In this document: positions 1 to 12,819 of the stretch, in pieces
Layout of the letters: each line of letters starts with the position of its first letter
Position numbering within the stretch: position 1 is the first letter of the stretch
Source of the DNA: Octopus sinensis
Taxonomy: Eukaryota
Direction: 5' to 3'
DNA: 64,000 bases
NCBI RefSeq assembly: GCF_006345805.1
Contig: NC_043020.1
Coordinates: 19,902,001-19,966,000 of the forward strand
The notes under the pieces: generated by a model
Databases searched by the model: none
The model's input: only the letters and a program-made list of their open reading frames with translations
What the model was told of the DNA's origin: nothing
Position numbers and translations under genes: made by a program

Positions 1-295
1 CATTATCCTACAACGTCTTAATTATGGCTTGACATTGCAAAGTCCTGCGAAGTACTCACACCCCTCCTACCTGCTTCTTTTAAACTATTATTTAAATAAC
101 ATATTATCTAAATAGTAAACATGGTCCACGAAACTACAAAAATGCATCATGGGAACATTACTTTTTGTATTCCGTATTATTTCGTATTATTCCGCCCTTT
201 AATCACTCACTACTATTCATCCCCACATCTAATGGTAAGTTTTTATTCATATTAAATAATAATAGTATTAATAATACTTTCGCTAAAATTTAGGG

Positions 296-1460
296 TTAGG
301 CGTTATTAATTAGGTATTTCAGTCTATGTTTACATTTAATTTTTCGTTCCTCCTCAGCATTAAGAAGAAGCTCCGTTTTAGCCCATGATATCTCCATGAA
401 TTCATGGGTACATAACAGACATGACCTATTTCCAATTCTATAAGATTTAGCTTTACATATTATCTCCCACTTTAATTCATAATTAATTTCTTTCGTTTTT
501 AAACTCCAAACATATTTACTTAGTCCTGTAGAATTCCTAAGTTTCTTATTTTTACATGAATTCAAGTGCTGTGCTATTCTCTGTTTAATTTTATTCGATG
601 TCGAACCTATATACGTTCTATCTGGGTATATTTCAATATCCGTATTATTTATTCCACTATTTCCATTCCCATCTACTTTTACCGAAGCCGCACATTTATA
701 TACTACATCCCTAACATTACATCTTCCATTAAAATTGCATTGGTTTTTATCTCTACAGTTACGACTATTACGGTCTCTATCACTCCTATTCATATGCTTA
801 TTTAATTTATCATAGTAATATTTATTCAGCCTATACTTATATATTGATGAAATAATATTCCCTACATTATTAGTCGTTGAATACCCCACTCCTATAATAT
901 TTCTAGAGAGTATTTCGATATATTTCTTATTTTCCATAATAAATGATTCAATTGTATTAGTGATATCTTTAATAATATTACTTTTAACTTGAGTACCATA
1001 TGGGACAATCAACCATATTATTTTATTATTATTTTTCTTTATGTTTATATTATTATTAATCCCCTTATCTTTATTAACCCCAGTCTCGTTATTATCTTCT
1101 ATATTATTTACTGTATTGTCTCCTATATGATTTTCTTTTAATTTTAAATCCTTTGCCTTTAATCTCAACCTATCTATATACTTTATATCATTTATATTTT
1201 TCCTGTTTTTTATCATCTTGAATTCCATATTTTTACGGTGTGTTCTTCTATTATTACTTTTATATATATTATTTTTATTTTTTATTTTTATTATAATATA
1301 CATTTCTATTCTCGTTTATATTTACGTTTATATTACTCCCTATATTAACTCTATTTAGGTTACTTACGTTATTCTGTTTTATATAATAATTATTCCTATT
1401 CATATTCTTATTATAGAATTTAATTTCTTCGTTATAACCAGCCTACCTTAATGAGGTCCT
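296..1460 (-). mobile_element. 5'-truncated Penelope-like element: uninterrupted linker + GIY-YIG endonuclease ORF (296-1303), no RT core
   Basis: IWLIVPYG, VVYKC...TYIGSTSNKIKQRIAQH, NSTGLSKYVWSLK, WEIICKA, CLLC..E, KCKH are typical of the Penelope C-terminal endonuclease region. A frameshifted GYNEEIKF remnant of the RT thumb/linker lies at about 1400-1450. Confidence 0.85.
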
Positions 1461-2664
1461 GGACCTAGGATATTTATATGTGCAGAAATAGCACGGTCCC
1501 TATTACGGAAGCAATTTTGCATTGTTTGTTTCTCTTGAGCTGTGTAGAAGTTCAAGAAGTAATAGAAGCTGAAGAATATTCCGTCCATAAGGTCCAGTTT
1601 AGTGGGGATGCAGTTATTGTTACGTTGAATGTGTGAGATGGTCTGGAGACATCCTCAGTGAGTTTACAGTCAAGGTTTTTTTGGTGACTTTGAGTGGTTT
1701 TGCTACGTGTTGTATGGGGCTAAACAGGTTTAACTAGGTAACTGTATCCTTGGTTAAATCTTAGTTTAGGATATGAAAGAGTGACCGTAAATCTGAAAGA
1801 TTGTAGAAATGACGAGAGCAAAATAGAAAGGAAAGAAAAGGAAAACGAGGCAAACCTTATTTCATTAACTTACTGAATATGATACTCTGTATACCGACAC
1901 CCATATTTATTGTGTTTGCAAGTAATGTATTAAGTGTTGCAGAGTATCATATTCGAAATACGCCGCTTCAAAATAGTATTCCCTGTATCAAACACTAGAT
2001 AAAACGCTATCATAAGGTAGCATAACACATGCTAGTAAACACGGTTACATATGATCGTCGTAACAATCGTGTCATTGAGAGAGAGCGAAATAACTTTGTT
2101 ATTGTTGAAGAACATTTATTTACTTGCAATATACGAACTGGTTCGTTTTTCTAAAGAAACAAACTAAACTGAGCGACACTTATTAAGTCCTACTATATGT
2201 AGGAGATTACCGGCTCACTGAGACAGTCTTGGAATTAAAGTTAAGTAAGAATACATTCACATCTTCTTTGCATGAATTTCAACAGTCATAAATACATATT
2301 TGCGAATATGATTTGGGAACTAGTTTTTTTTTCATTCGCAAAATATCCATATTTTAAAATACAGTAAGAAATCTGAATATCGGTTATAATAATAAAGTTT
2401 TAAAGTTTAATTTCTATGAAGATATGATGTTGTGGAGAAAAAAATTGGAGGAAAAAGTTACAGAGGTTTAAAAATCGAAAAAGCTGTATTTATAGCTAAT
2501 AGCAAGACAGAAATTTTCTGCGTTTAGCGAAGCGGTGTCAGCTTTAAGGTTGTATCATGTGAAATTTATAGTTTAGTGCCTGTGAAATGACCACTTCATT
2601 GTAGGGTCCTAAATAAACAGAAATACCTAATAAAATCAACATGTATCATCTTACCGTTTCTTTT

Positions 2665-3070
2665 GCCTCTTCATTCTCTTTTACTCTTTTACTTGTTTCA
2701 GTCATTTGACTGCGGCCATGCTGGAGCACCGCCTTTAATCGAGCCCGGGTCTTATTCTTTTGTAAGCCCAGTACTTATTCTGTCGGTCTCTTTTGCCGAA
2801 CCGCTAAGTGACGGGAACGTAAACACACCAGCATTGGTTGTCAAGCAATGGTAGGGAGACAAACACAGACACACAAACACACACACGCATATATACATAT
2901 ATATACATATATACGACAGGCTTCTTTCAGTTTCCGTCAACCAAATCCACTCACAAGGCTTTGGTCGGCCCGAGGCTATATTAGAAGACACTTGCCCAAG
3001 GTGTCACACAGTGGGACTGAACCCAGAACCATGTGGTTGGTAAGCAAGCTACTTACCACACAGCCACTCC
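2665..3070 (-). mobile_element. tRNA-derived SINE family A (full length)
   Basis: A-box TGGCTGTGTGG, B-box GGTTCAGTCC, CORE-like CCTTGGGCAAG, internal (TA/TG)n, 3' GACTGAAACAAGTAAAAGAG; repeated many times in the window. Confidence 0.9.
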
Positions 3071-5569
3071 TGCGCCATTGATTGTATTGTTTTATTATTT
3101 TTTTTAATTTGTCATATTAATATATTTGTCTGCATGTGTTTACTTTATGCGTATTTCAGTATTATGATTACCTGTCATCTATTTGTATACATCATTAATA
3201 TGTATGTGTGCGCGCGTATGTGTTTGTGTGAAAAGGGGGATGGGGTGTCTGTCTTCAAAACTTCAAAGTTGAGTAACGTTTTCATTCTTGGATTTGTAAA
3301 CTACGACAAGAATAACACTGGTCAACAAAGAATTTGTTTTTGCATGCAGAATTCAAAAATAATGTCAAATTTTCTGTACTAAGTTCACATATTCCATTCA
3401 CCCTCATAATGCCAAGAAACTGTATAAACATCGCTAACAACTTTTGCTTTATGTGAAAAATATATCAAATATGAAGACAATTGTTGAAAAATATCTATAA
3501 TAAAATTCAGATAAATATAAATTTTTATTAAAACAAAATACGTGGGTGAATTAAATCTCGTGATGTGCAGGTGGGACGACACACTGTGCGGTTGTCATGG
3601 AAACAAGCTGTTAGTGCCTAGTTGTCTGTTGATTGGCAAAAATTACCCAACTTTCCCAACTTTAATTCCAAATAACATCAGACTCTTTAATTTATGAGAT
3701 AAAGTAATTGGTTGATCATAATCAAAATTCAGAGTTGCATCGATACACCAAAACTGAAAGCAACCTGAGCAAAATTAAAGGGGGCTCATTTTGCGAATGG
3801 GAAATACTAGATCCATGATTTGTTCTATAGATGAAAATTAATTTTAATTTTAATATATATATTAATTTTAATAAATCTATTAAGTCTTATACTTTCAGTT
3901 TTCTTTCCTGTTTTACTGACGTCACCTCTAGACTTCTTCCTATTTCTTTTTCGATTTGCTTCACTTTCACATTTTTATATTTGCTTCCTAAAATACGGCT
4001 CTTGTAACCGTTTCCTTGATATATGCTACATCACAGAGACAACACAGGAAACAAAGATAACCAATTAACAACAATAAAAAAAAATGAGTAAAAGTGCAAC
4101 AGAACTAACAAATTCCTACCAACAAAGCAGCTTCGAAATAACAAAGCGATTTCTCAAGCTCGGCTTACAAAAACAGAAAGTTAGTGAGAAGCAACACAAA
4201 AATGGCATTTTTCAAAGACCACGACGAGTTCTGACTTAGTATGTCCACACATTTAGGGTAATTTTGGCTGAATAATGTTACGAATGGCGCCAAACTATGT
4301 TGAGGCTGTGCTTTGGAGGCACGCTGGCGAGATTTTCTTCCCTTCGAGGCAAAGAGAGTGAAAACTGATCACAAACAAAAACAGAGAAGCAAAAAAGAAG
4401 GGGGGAGGAGGAGGAGGAGGAGGAGAAGAAGAAGAAGAAGAAGAAGAAGAAGAAGAAGAAGAAAATGACGGCTTAGATGATGGTGATTATGATTAAAAAG
4501 AAAGATATCTGCGAAGTAAAAAGAAAACAAAAATGATAAGAAAACAAGAATAAAAGCAAGAACTTTAGAGCGGATGAAATTCCTATATGGGGGGGGGGGG
4601 TGAGTGGAAGTATGAGAGGGAGAGAGAGAGAGAGGGGTAGAGGTAATAAATGTCCTTCTTTCACTCTCAGCAGGGATTAAGAACACAGAATTCATTGTAT
4701 ATCTAAGATTTGATAGAGTAGATCAAATTTCTTTGTCTTTCAGTTAGCACTTCAAGGACTTCACAGACCGAAATAAGTTCCATACGGGGTACAAATTGTT
4801 TTCTGTAAAGTGGAATAATGGTATAGGATATAACGATGGTCAAGGCGAAGGATTTTTAAACCTGAGCGATCGAATTTATGAAGCGCTGAGAAATAACTGT
4901 TGGTGCAAAGTTAGAAAAGCCTTGGGACTCTGAGAGAAATTTGGTCAGGAAGAACAAGACAGGTTTGGGATTACTGGAGGGTGGAAGAATCTCTCAAAAT
5001 TCAACGGTTTTGTGGTGTTCTTTTTGTCTGTAAGGAGAAATTTGGTAGGCAATCAGGGCGTGGGACTGACGTAGCGATTCAAATCTCCCCACCCTTCTCA
5101 TAGACCCGCATTGAAGTAAATGCGGGTCTATGACCCGCATTGAGTAAACGCCGTACTCATCACTTTTTTCCTAAAATATTGGGCGAATATTGTGTAAACC
5201 CCGAGCCACCAGCATAGACATTATCGTCGCAAAGGACATTGCACTATGTGTTTCTCTGAACCGTCCATTTCGTACAACTTTTGTTTAACATGCTTGTAGT
5301 AATTACATAAACTTCAATCTATCCAGCCTTTTCGTTTAATTTATTATTCTTTTCCCACATTGATCTCTAAATAGATTTCAACTTGTTCTGCTGATGGAAT
5401 GGTTTTCTACTGATATTGTGCTGTTTTTGAGGAAACTACGATAGACTGATTTCGGATCTCTAGTAAATCCCGTTTATACTTTGCAAATTTATATTTATGG
5501 ATATTCCGTGATAGTCTGGTGTAGGGAAAGCGAGCTGAATATTATCGCTGTCCGTTGTTGTCCACAAGT

Positions 5570-5968
5570 GTTGCAATGTTGGCATCCCGATCACTTGGTT
5601 CTGGGTTTAGTCCGACTGCGTGACACCTTAAGTAATTGTCTCCTTGAGCCGACTAAAGGCTTATGAGTGGATTTAGTAGGTGGAAACTGAAAGAAGCCCG
5701 TCAAATTTATGTGTGTATGCGTGTGCGAGTGCGTGTACATGTGTGTGTGTGTATGTATCTTTGTGCATGTGTTTGTCCCCTCTCCTGCTTGTCAACCGGT
5801 GTTAGTTTGTTTACGTCCTTGTAGTAACTTAGCAGTTCGACAGAAGAGTCGATAGAATAAGTACGGGGCTTAAATAAAATAAGTACCTGAGGCCGGTTCG
5901 ACCGTCTAAAACCCCCAAAGGTGATGCCCCAATATGGCCGCAGTCTAATGACTGAAAAAGTAAAAGAT
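5570..5968 (+). mobile_element. SINE family A, degenerate
   Basis: Colinear similarity to 11206-11535 and 23356-23770. Confidence 0.8.
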
Positions 5969-6059
5969 ACATGCGTGTGTGTGTAAGTATAATATACATA
6001 CATACACACACGCACATATATGTATATATGTATATATATATATTGAGTGTGTGTGTATA

Positions 6060-6374
6060 CAGAATGTGGTGAATAAATTGACGTCTAAATTACGCAAAAA
6101 TGAAAACAACACTATATATCTTCACAGATATATTTACCGACATTACATGAAAATATCTTGAATACTAAAGAGTAAATTTATTCAATAAAATCACCATTGG
6201 CTTCAACCACAGCCTCCAAACGACTTCGGAATCTCCTGCAACACATCTGGATGATCTCCTTGTTTAAGTTGGTGAATGCTGCCATAATCCTTGTCTTTAG
6301 TTCATCTTTGATGTTACAAGGAGTTTGGTTGGTCTCTCGCTCAACTACGCCCCACACATAATAATCAAGGGGGT
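6060..6374 (-). mobile_element. Tc1/mariner (maT-like) transposon 3' fragment with terminal inverted repeat
   Basis: NPLDYYVWGVVERETN...RFRSRLEAVVEANGDFIE*; terminus TA-CAGAATGTGGTGAATAAATTGACG at 6058-6083. Confidence 0.85.
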
Positions 6375-7562
6375 TTATCCAAATTGCTATATCTATTAAC
6401 AGTGCTTCCCAGGTAGACAAACTGATCAACTACATCAAGTCGTTTACCATACACATAAATATTTGGTACACTATACTGCTTACCAGGGGCGGGTTGGTAC
6501 ATGACAATTGTTTTCTTGAGACTGACTGTCAATCCTAAGGCAGTGCAAGCATCAGAGAATGCATTCAAAATGTATTGCGCTACTAGATCACAATCATCTG
6601 CATACAAAAGGTATCTTATGATAGAGGTAATACCATTGTTTTTGCAGCAAGGCGCCTGATAATAAATATGCTGCCAGATGTTCGATAATGGATGTAAACA
6701 CCATATCTGCAGTTTCTGAAAGCAATACAGAAATCCATCGCAAAGTATATGGCAAATAGGGTCGGTGCCAGAATATCCCCCTGTTTCACTCCATTTTGTA
6801 TTGAAATGGGCTCCGACATTTTCCCTCTAACATTAACCCTACCCTTCATGTCTTCATGAAAAGACCTAACCAAAGCAAGGAACTTTTCAGGACACCCAAG
6901 TTTCTGGATGTCTTTCCACAATGCTTTTCTATTAACAGTATCAAAGGCTTTTGTCAGATCAACAAAAACCTGATACAAATCCAGAGCCCGTTCCACACAC
7001 TTCTCTTGAAGCTGTCTAGCTGAAAAGATCATATCAGCAGTGCCACGTCCCACACTTGACTTTCTGGAAGAACACAATCTGCAACGTGTTTCAGCAGATG
7101 ATCCAGAAGTACTCTGCATAAAACCTTTCCTATGACAGAAAGCAATGATATTCCCCTATAGTTACCACAATCATTCCTGTTGCCCTTTCCCTTATACAAG
7201 ACCACCATTACTGTATCTCTCCAGTCCTCAGGTACAGATTCACTCGCCCATATCCTGACAAACAAGGAGTGAAGTTGCTGCAGAAGTTTCTCACCACCTT
7301 GTTGTAACAACTCTGCATAAATGCCATCCATACCCGGAGATTTCCCATTATTCAACCTTGAGACAGCCATTGCAACTTCTTCCAACTTTGGTGGTTCCGC
7401 GAGTGCTGCCTTCACAGGCAATCCAGGGATGAGATTGAGAACATCCTCACTAACTACAGACTGCTGATTCAAAAGTTCATCAAACTGTTCTTGCCACCTT
7501 CGCAGAATTCCTTGTGAATCACGAAGAAGTTCTTTACCATCCCTGCTTCGAATCCCTGGCAC
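6375..7562 (-). mobile_element. RTE-clade LINE, internal reverse-transcriptase fragment (frameshifted)
   Basis: KSPGMDGI.AE, NYRGISLLS, DMIFSARQLQEKC, VFVDLTKAFDTVNR, GVKQG..LAPTLF, YADD, FVYLGS. Confidence 0.92.
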
Positions 7563-8107
7563 GCACTCTTTCTTCTCCCCTCTTTAATTCCTTCTTTCTC
7601 TCTCTTCTCCCCTCTTTGTTGCCTTCGTCCCTTTTTCTCTCTCTCTTTGTTTCCTTTGCCCCCTTTCTTTTCTCTCTCTTCATCACGTGACCGCTGGTCA
7701 AAATCAGCCTTTTGGCCTCCGACCACTGCCGTGAGAACATCGTTGTCTTCGTCTGCCGATAAAGGCATTATTTCCAAATACGCCAGCTAAACTTGTACTG
7801 TTTATTAGTCGTAAGACACCCGCTGTTTTTGTCCTGTTTTTACCATTTTGGATTTTATATTCGTGTGGCATCGTCCGTTTTTCTGTCCCTGTTTCGTATA
7901 CATTCGATCCTTCTTCCAAGAAATCTAATGCTCGTAGCTTAGCTTTTCCTTGGGGCTGGCCGGATCGGAGCGATCTCAAGATTAATCAGCTGGAATTGCT
8001 AGGATGATCCGGTTCTTGACTGAAGATTGAAAGCTTCGAATGTCCCGTCCGTATTTTTTGTATCGTCTTCTAAATGTTTTACGTTCTTGTCCCAGCTTGT
8101 ATTTTTC

Positions 8108-8168
<61 letters not shown>

Positions 8169-8634
8169 ATATAAATTAACAATTGAGGATAAAATCTTTA
8201 AAAGAAATTATCAGTAGTCAGCGTGAAAAACCTCGTAAGAGAAAAAAAATCCGTAAATTTTATATATATGTATATGTATATATATAGGTATGCTTTTTAA
8301 TTCTTTGTCCGTTTCCTCGCATACTGTTATTTTCTATTATTCTGATCCCTTCTTGCGGTTGCATTGAGACTGAAGCTCTTATTTCTAAATAGATTGATGT
8401 TCACTGCATCCTTAAGGATTCGTGCTAATTTTATATTTTATAGCTTACACTGTTGTTAAACTTGTGAACCGCCTATGCTACTGCTGTTAATATTATCAAT
8501 TAAAAATATTTTATTTGCCATAGACGGTATTAACAATAGTAACATCTTATTTTGAATGTAAACATTCGAATATTTTTTGCTTATACACACACACACACGC
8601 GCGCGCTAACACATACACACACACACATATTTAT

Positions 8635-8975
8635 ATTTTTATTCTGTTTACTTATTTCAGTCATTTGACTGTGGTCATGCTGAAGCACCAGTCGAGCAAA
8701 TCGACCCAAGGACTTATTCTTTGTAAGCCTAGTACTTATTCTATCGGTTCTTTTGCCAAACTGCTAAGTTACACGGACATAAACACACCACCATCGGTTG
8801 TCAAGCGATGTTGGGGTGTCAAACACAGACACACACACATATACGACGACTTTCTTTCAGTTTCTGTCTACCAAATCTACTCACAAGGATTTGGTCAGCC
8901 CGAGGCTATAGTAGAAGACACTAGCCCAAGGTGCCACGCAATGAGACTGAACTCGGAACCATGTGGTTGGTAAGC
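8635..8975 (-). mobile_element. SINE family A
   Basis: Reverse-complement match to the family A body and head. Confidence 0.85.
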
Positions 8976-9611
8976 AAGTTTATAGATAGATAGAGAGAGA
9001 GATAGGGTGGTGGTGGAAGGGAATGAGGGATGGAGGGAGAGAGAATGAGGGAAGGGAAAAAGAGAGGGGGAGAGAGAGAGAGAGGAGAGAGAATGCAAGA
9101 ATTTGCCAAGTAAATAACGTGAAGATATGCGACAACGACCAACAGTTTGTGAATCGTTTAATGTCAGTTGGCGCGAGTGTGTTGAAAAGACACGAACTGT
9201 CTGACAGGAGTGGATGGAGAGAGAAACGCAACAAAATTGAAAGCCTCTTATCTAATTTCTAAATATTGTAACATAGGCACTTTAACCACACATTCTTACA
9301 TTATATACATGTGTCATAGTGCGTGCGTGTGTGTGTTTATACATTACACACACACACACGTTTGTGTGTGTATGTAAATACGTATGTATCGGTCTCACAT
9401 CGTGAGTAGATCGAATCACAGTATCGATGTCATGACACGGCGTACCTTTGGCATTCTTTTAACTTGCCGGAGCCATAGATAGATACCGATATATAAATAA
9501 ACGTTCATATACACACACACGCATACACTCACATATATGAATATATGTACGTATGTATGTATGCATGTATGTGTGTCTATATACATATCTATCTATTTAT
9601 AATAGTTTCAA

Positions 9612-9808
9612 GTTTTGGTACAAGGCCAGCAATTTTGTGGTAAGTAGACAACATCAACCACAGCGCTCAACTAGTATTTAATTTATCAACCTCGAAAGGG
9701 TGAAAAGCAAAGTCGACCGCGGCGGAATTTGAACTCCGAACATAAAGAGAGACGAAATGCCGCTAAGCATTTTTCCCAGTATGGTAACGATTCCAATAGC
9801 TCACCGCT
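9612..9808 (-). mobile_element. tRNA-derived SINE family B
   Basis: GAATCGTTA...AAATGCTTAGCGG...GAGTTCAAATTCCGCC...GTCGACTTTGC body shared with 16692, 22684 and 30042. Confidence 0.85.
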
Positions 9809-9814
9809 TTCATA

Positions 9815-10245
9815 TGGATGAGTTTTGAAAGAACACCCAACGTCCTCATGTTCAAACAGCTTGATAGTGAGCAGAGGAATGTTGGTCGACTGCGGCTGTG
9901 ATATAAGGACAAACTAAAGAGTAACCTCTCAGCAGTCAATATAACTCACAATACCTTTGAACAAACAGCCTTGGAGCGAACAAAATGGAAATCGTCGTGT
10001 CAAATTAGTATAAGAGACTTTGTTTCAACGACTATTAACAGACTTTAGGGAGCAAGGCAAAGGAGAGGAGGGCTGCAAGTATACCGCCTGCACAGACTCG
10101 CAATGCTCATACTTACAGCATCTGCGGGCTTCCTTAGAAATCATTGGTGGCGCTCAAATGTCACATTCGATATAAAAATCATGTCTCGCAAAGGAGTGTA
10201 GGTTGTCGGAATTTCATATATCAAAACCGACGGGAGAAACCATGA
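9815..10245 (+). mobile_element. RTE LINE 3' end fragment
   Basis: MSFERTPNVLMFKQLDSEQRNVGRLRL*YKDKLKSNL...ALERTKWK is typical of the RTE C-terminal region; ends in a (TA)n tract. Confidence 0.65.
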
Positions 10246-10316
10246 TATATATATATATATAATATATATATATATATATACACACGCGCTCGCGTGCATG
10301 TGTGTATATATGCGCG

Positions 10317-10359
<43 letters not shown>

Positions 10360-11036
10360 ATTTCGGAGTCGATAAAAAATAAGTACCAGTTGATTACTGG
10401 CGGTCGATGTAATCGAATTTCCCCTCTACGAAATCCTGGCCTTGAGCCAAAATTTGGGATAAACCTTTAGAAAGTAGAACTTCCATATAGGAAAACCATG
10501 AAGAGGGAGGAAATTCCAGAGAGCCGATATTCTGGAGATGAAGGATTGGGCACAAGGGTTGGTGCAGAGAAAGTGGAACTGGACGCAACACAAATGATAA
10601 GTGGAAATACGAGTGAGAATAGCTTGTCTGAGCAGAGAACATATGATCCAGCTAGCTCTGAAGAACAGAAGCTGTTATATAACAGCGACAGAAAAGACTG
10701 TGAGGAGATAACACATCTGTGCGTCAAAGGCTGCAGTGTAATGGAGTAACAATCAAGCGAGTGGATCTTTTCTGGATGCGGTCCAAAGTGTCATTGTGAG
10801 AGCAGCATTCTTTTGTAACATTCCATTGTGAAACCCATTTTAGACCTGTAGGTTGTAAATTCTTTTAAAGTCTAAATATTTCTCTTTGGCAGATATATAG
10901 CACAGCAGAGTGCGTCAACATATTCCGATTAACAAAATCCTGGAGTCACATTTTATTAATATCTTTGATAAATCACCAAAGTGGATTCGTCAAACACCAT
11001 CCTGGAACAGGAGTTGAAAAAAGATGAAGCTTAGCG

Positions 11037-11077
<41 letters not shown>

Positions 11078-11205
11078 TATCAAATTGAGGATAACTCGAG
11101 AGATATATCTTATTTGTATGCCTCTGTATATGTACATGTATGTAAATATACATGTATTTTTATAAGTGCATGCATAAATTCCAACTATATATATGTATAT
11201 ATGTA

Positions 11206-11535
11206 GGAGTGGCTGTGTGGTAAGTAGCTTGCTAACGAACCACATGGTTCCGGGTTCAGTCATACTGCGTGGAACCTTGGGCAACTGTCTACCACTATAG
11301 CCTCAGGCCGACCAAAGCCTTGTGAGTGGATTTGGTAGGCGGAAACTGAAAGAAGCCTGTCGTATATATGTATATGTATATATATATATGTATGCGTGTA
11401 TATGTTTGTGTGTCTGTGTATGTCCCCCCCACATCGCTTGACAACCGATGCTGGTGTGTTTATGTCCCCGTAACTTAGCGGTTCGGCAAAAGAGACCGAT
11501 AGAATAAGTACTAGGTTTACAAAGAACAAGTCCTC
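11206..11535 (+). mobile_element. SINE family A (3'-truncated)
   Basis: GGAGTGGCTGTGTGGTAAGTAGCTTGC...GGTTCAGT...CCTTGGGCAA. Confidence 0.9.
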
Positions 11536-11630
11536 TATTTACTCCTTTATTCTTCTAGTTTATTCCTTATAAACTGTGAATTTTATTCTTTGCAAACTGT
11601 AAATTTTCCCTGTCTAAAATATTCATACCT

Positions 11631-11708
11631 GGTCTCTGATGACGGAATTCCCAGTGCGTGGACATACTAACCTACCACTTACGTTCTCCCAGAAACGGCT
11701 GTAAGACT
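11631..11708 (+). ncRNA. Candidate minimal hammerhead ribozyme with disrupted stem II
   Basis: Stem I GGTCT/AGACT; CTGATGA 11636-11642; GAAA 11692-11695; self-complementary mini stem III C-GGCT-G; GTA 11701-11703. Confidence 0.4.
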
Positions 11709-12624
11709 TCACTCTACCCTAATTAAATTATTCTGAATGACTCGAGATACTCGTTCTGCCTTGGTTTTGATTTTCCTCTAATATAGTATAATATAATATA
11801 ATATAATATATATGTATATACATACAAATATATAAATATATATAAACATATGTGCATGTTTATGCATATATGAATATATATACGCATGCCCATACACACA
11901 CATATATATTATGTGCTCGCTAGGAAAGTTACCAATGGTTTCAGGTCTATTATTAGTCTTAGCAATATTGGCAACTCACCGGACTTGATGACCAGAGGCA
12001 CATAACCCATCTAGTAGTGGAGGTAAAAATTCAGCTTTGGTAAGCAAGTTTGTGAAAAAAAAAAGCGAAATGAAATTCTTCGAAGCGAGGTGAAGTTATC
12101 TCCCTTAGCGCGGTTCCAGTTATGTACGATTTCCGTTCATTAGTGAGGAAGCAAGGAAGTCTATGTCTCCAACATAAATTTTCTCTCATGAGGGCACCGA
12201 CTAAATATCTTACTTTGGGATTTTAGAAAACATCCCTCCCAGATGAAACGAATTTTTTAGGATCTTTGCCCTCTCGGCCGAGCAAACTTTGCATCGTTTG
12301 CTCCCGTTGGTGTATGGTCCAGGCTGTTCCAAGATCTTCCATTTCATCCTGTATGGCATTCACTCTTCTTTTAAACGTCAAATATTGTTGACTGAAGACG
12401 TAGCGTTGCACCCCTCTTGGAACCGAAAAGCGAACCTGTGGTTATTTAGCCACAGTTTACATACATACACGTGTGTGTGTGTGTGGTGTGTGTGTGCGTG
12501 CGTGCGTGGAGCGTGCGCATGTATGTATGTGTCTGTGTTTGTGTGTTTGTGTGCACGTGGAGCTGTGTTTGTGTGTCGTTCTGTGTGCATGTGTGAGTGT
12601 GTATGTGTGTCTTTGTGTTTGTGC

Positions 12625-12805
12625 TTGTTCTCCCTTACCGTTTAACACCAGTGTTGGTCTGTTTATGTCCTTGTAACTTTGTGGTTCGGGAGCAGAGACC
12701 GTTGGAATACGTGCCAGGCTTAAAAAAATAATGGGGTCGATTTGTTCGACTAAGCCCTTGAGGGTTGTGCTCCAGTATTGCCGCAGTCCAATGATTGAAA
12801 CAAAT
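12625..12805 (+). mobile_element. SINE family A 3' half
   Basis: GTAACTT..GGTTCGG...GGGGTCGATTTGTTCGACTAA...GCAGTCCAATGA. Confidence 0.75.
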
Positions 12806-12819
12806 AAAAGATAAAATAT

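Noticed and set aside
5160-5580. Minus-strand reading KHVKQKVVRNGRFRETHSAMSFATIMSML, superficially IS66-transposase-like
   Set aside because: The frame has several stops, about the random expectation, and no catalytic motif could be confirmed.
7690-8110. Coding-looking minus-strand segment next to the RTE fragment
   Set aside because: Frames do not join and no recognisable domain was found; left unassigned.
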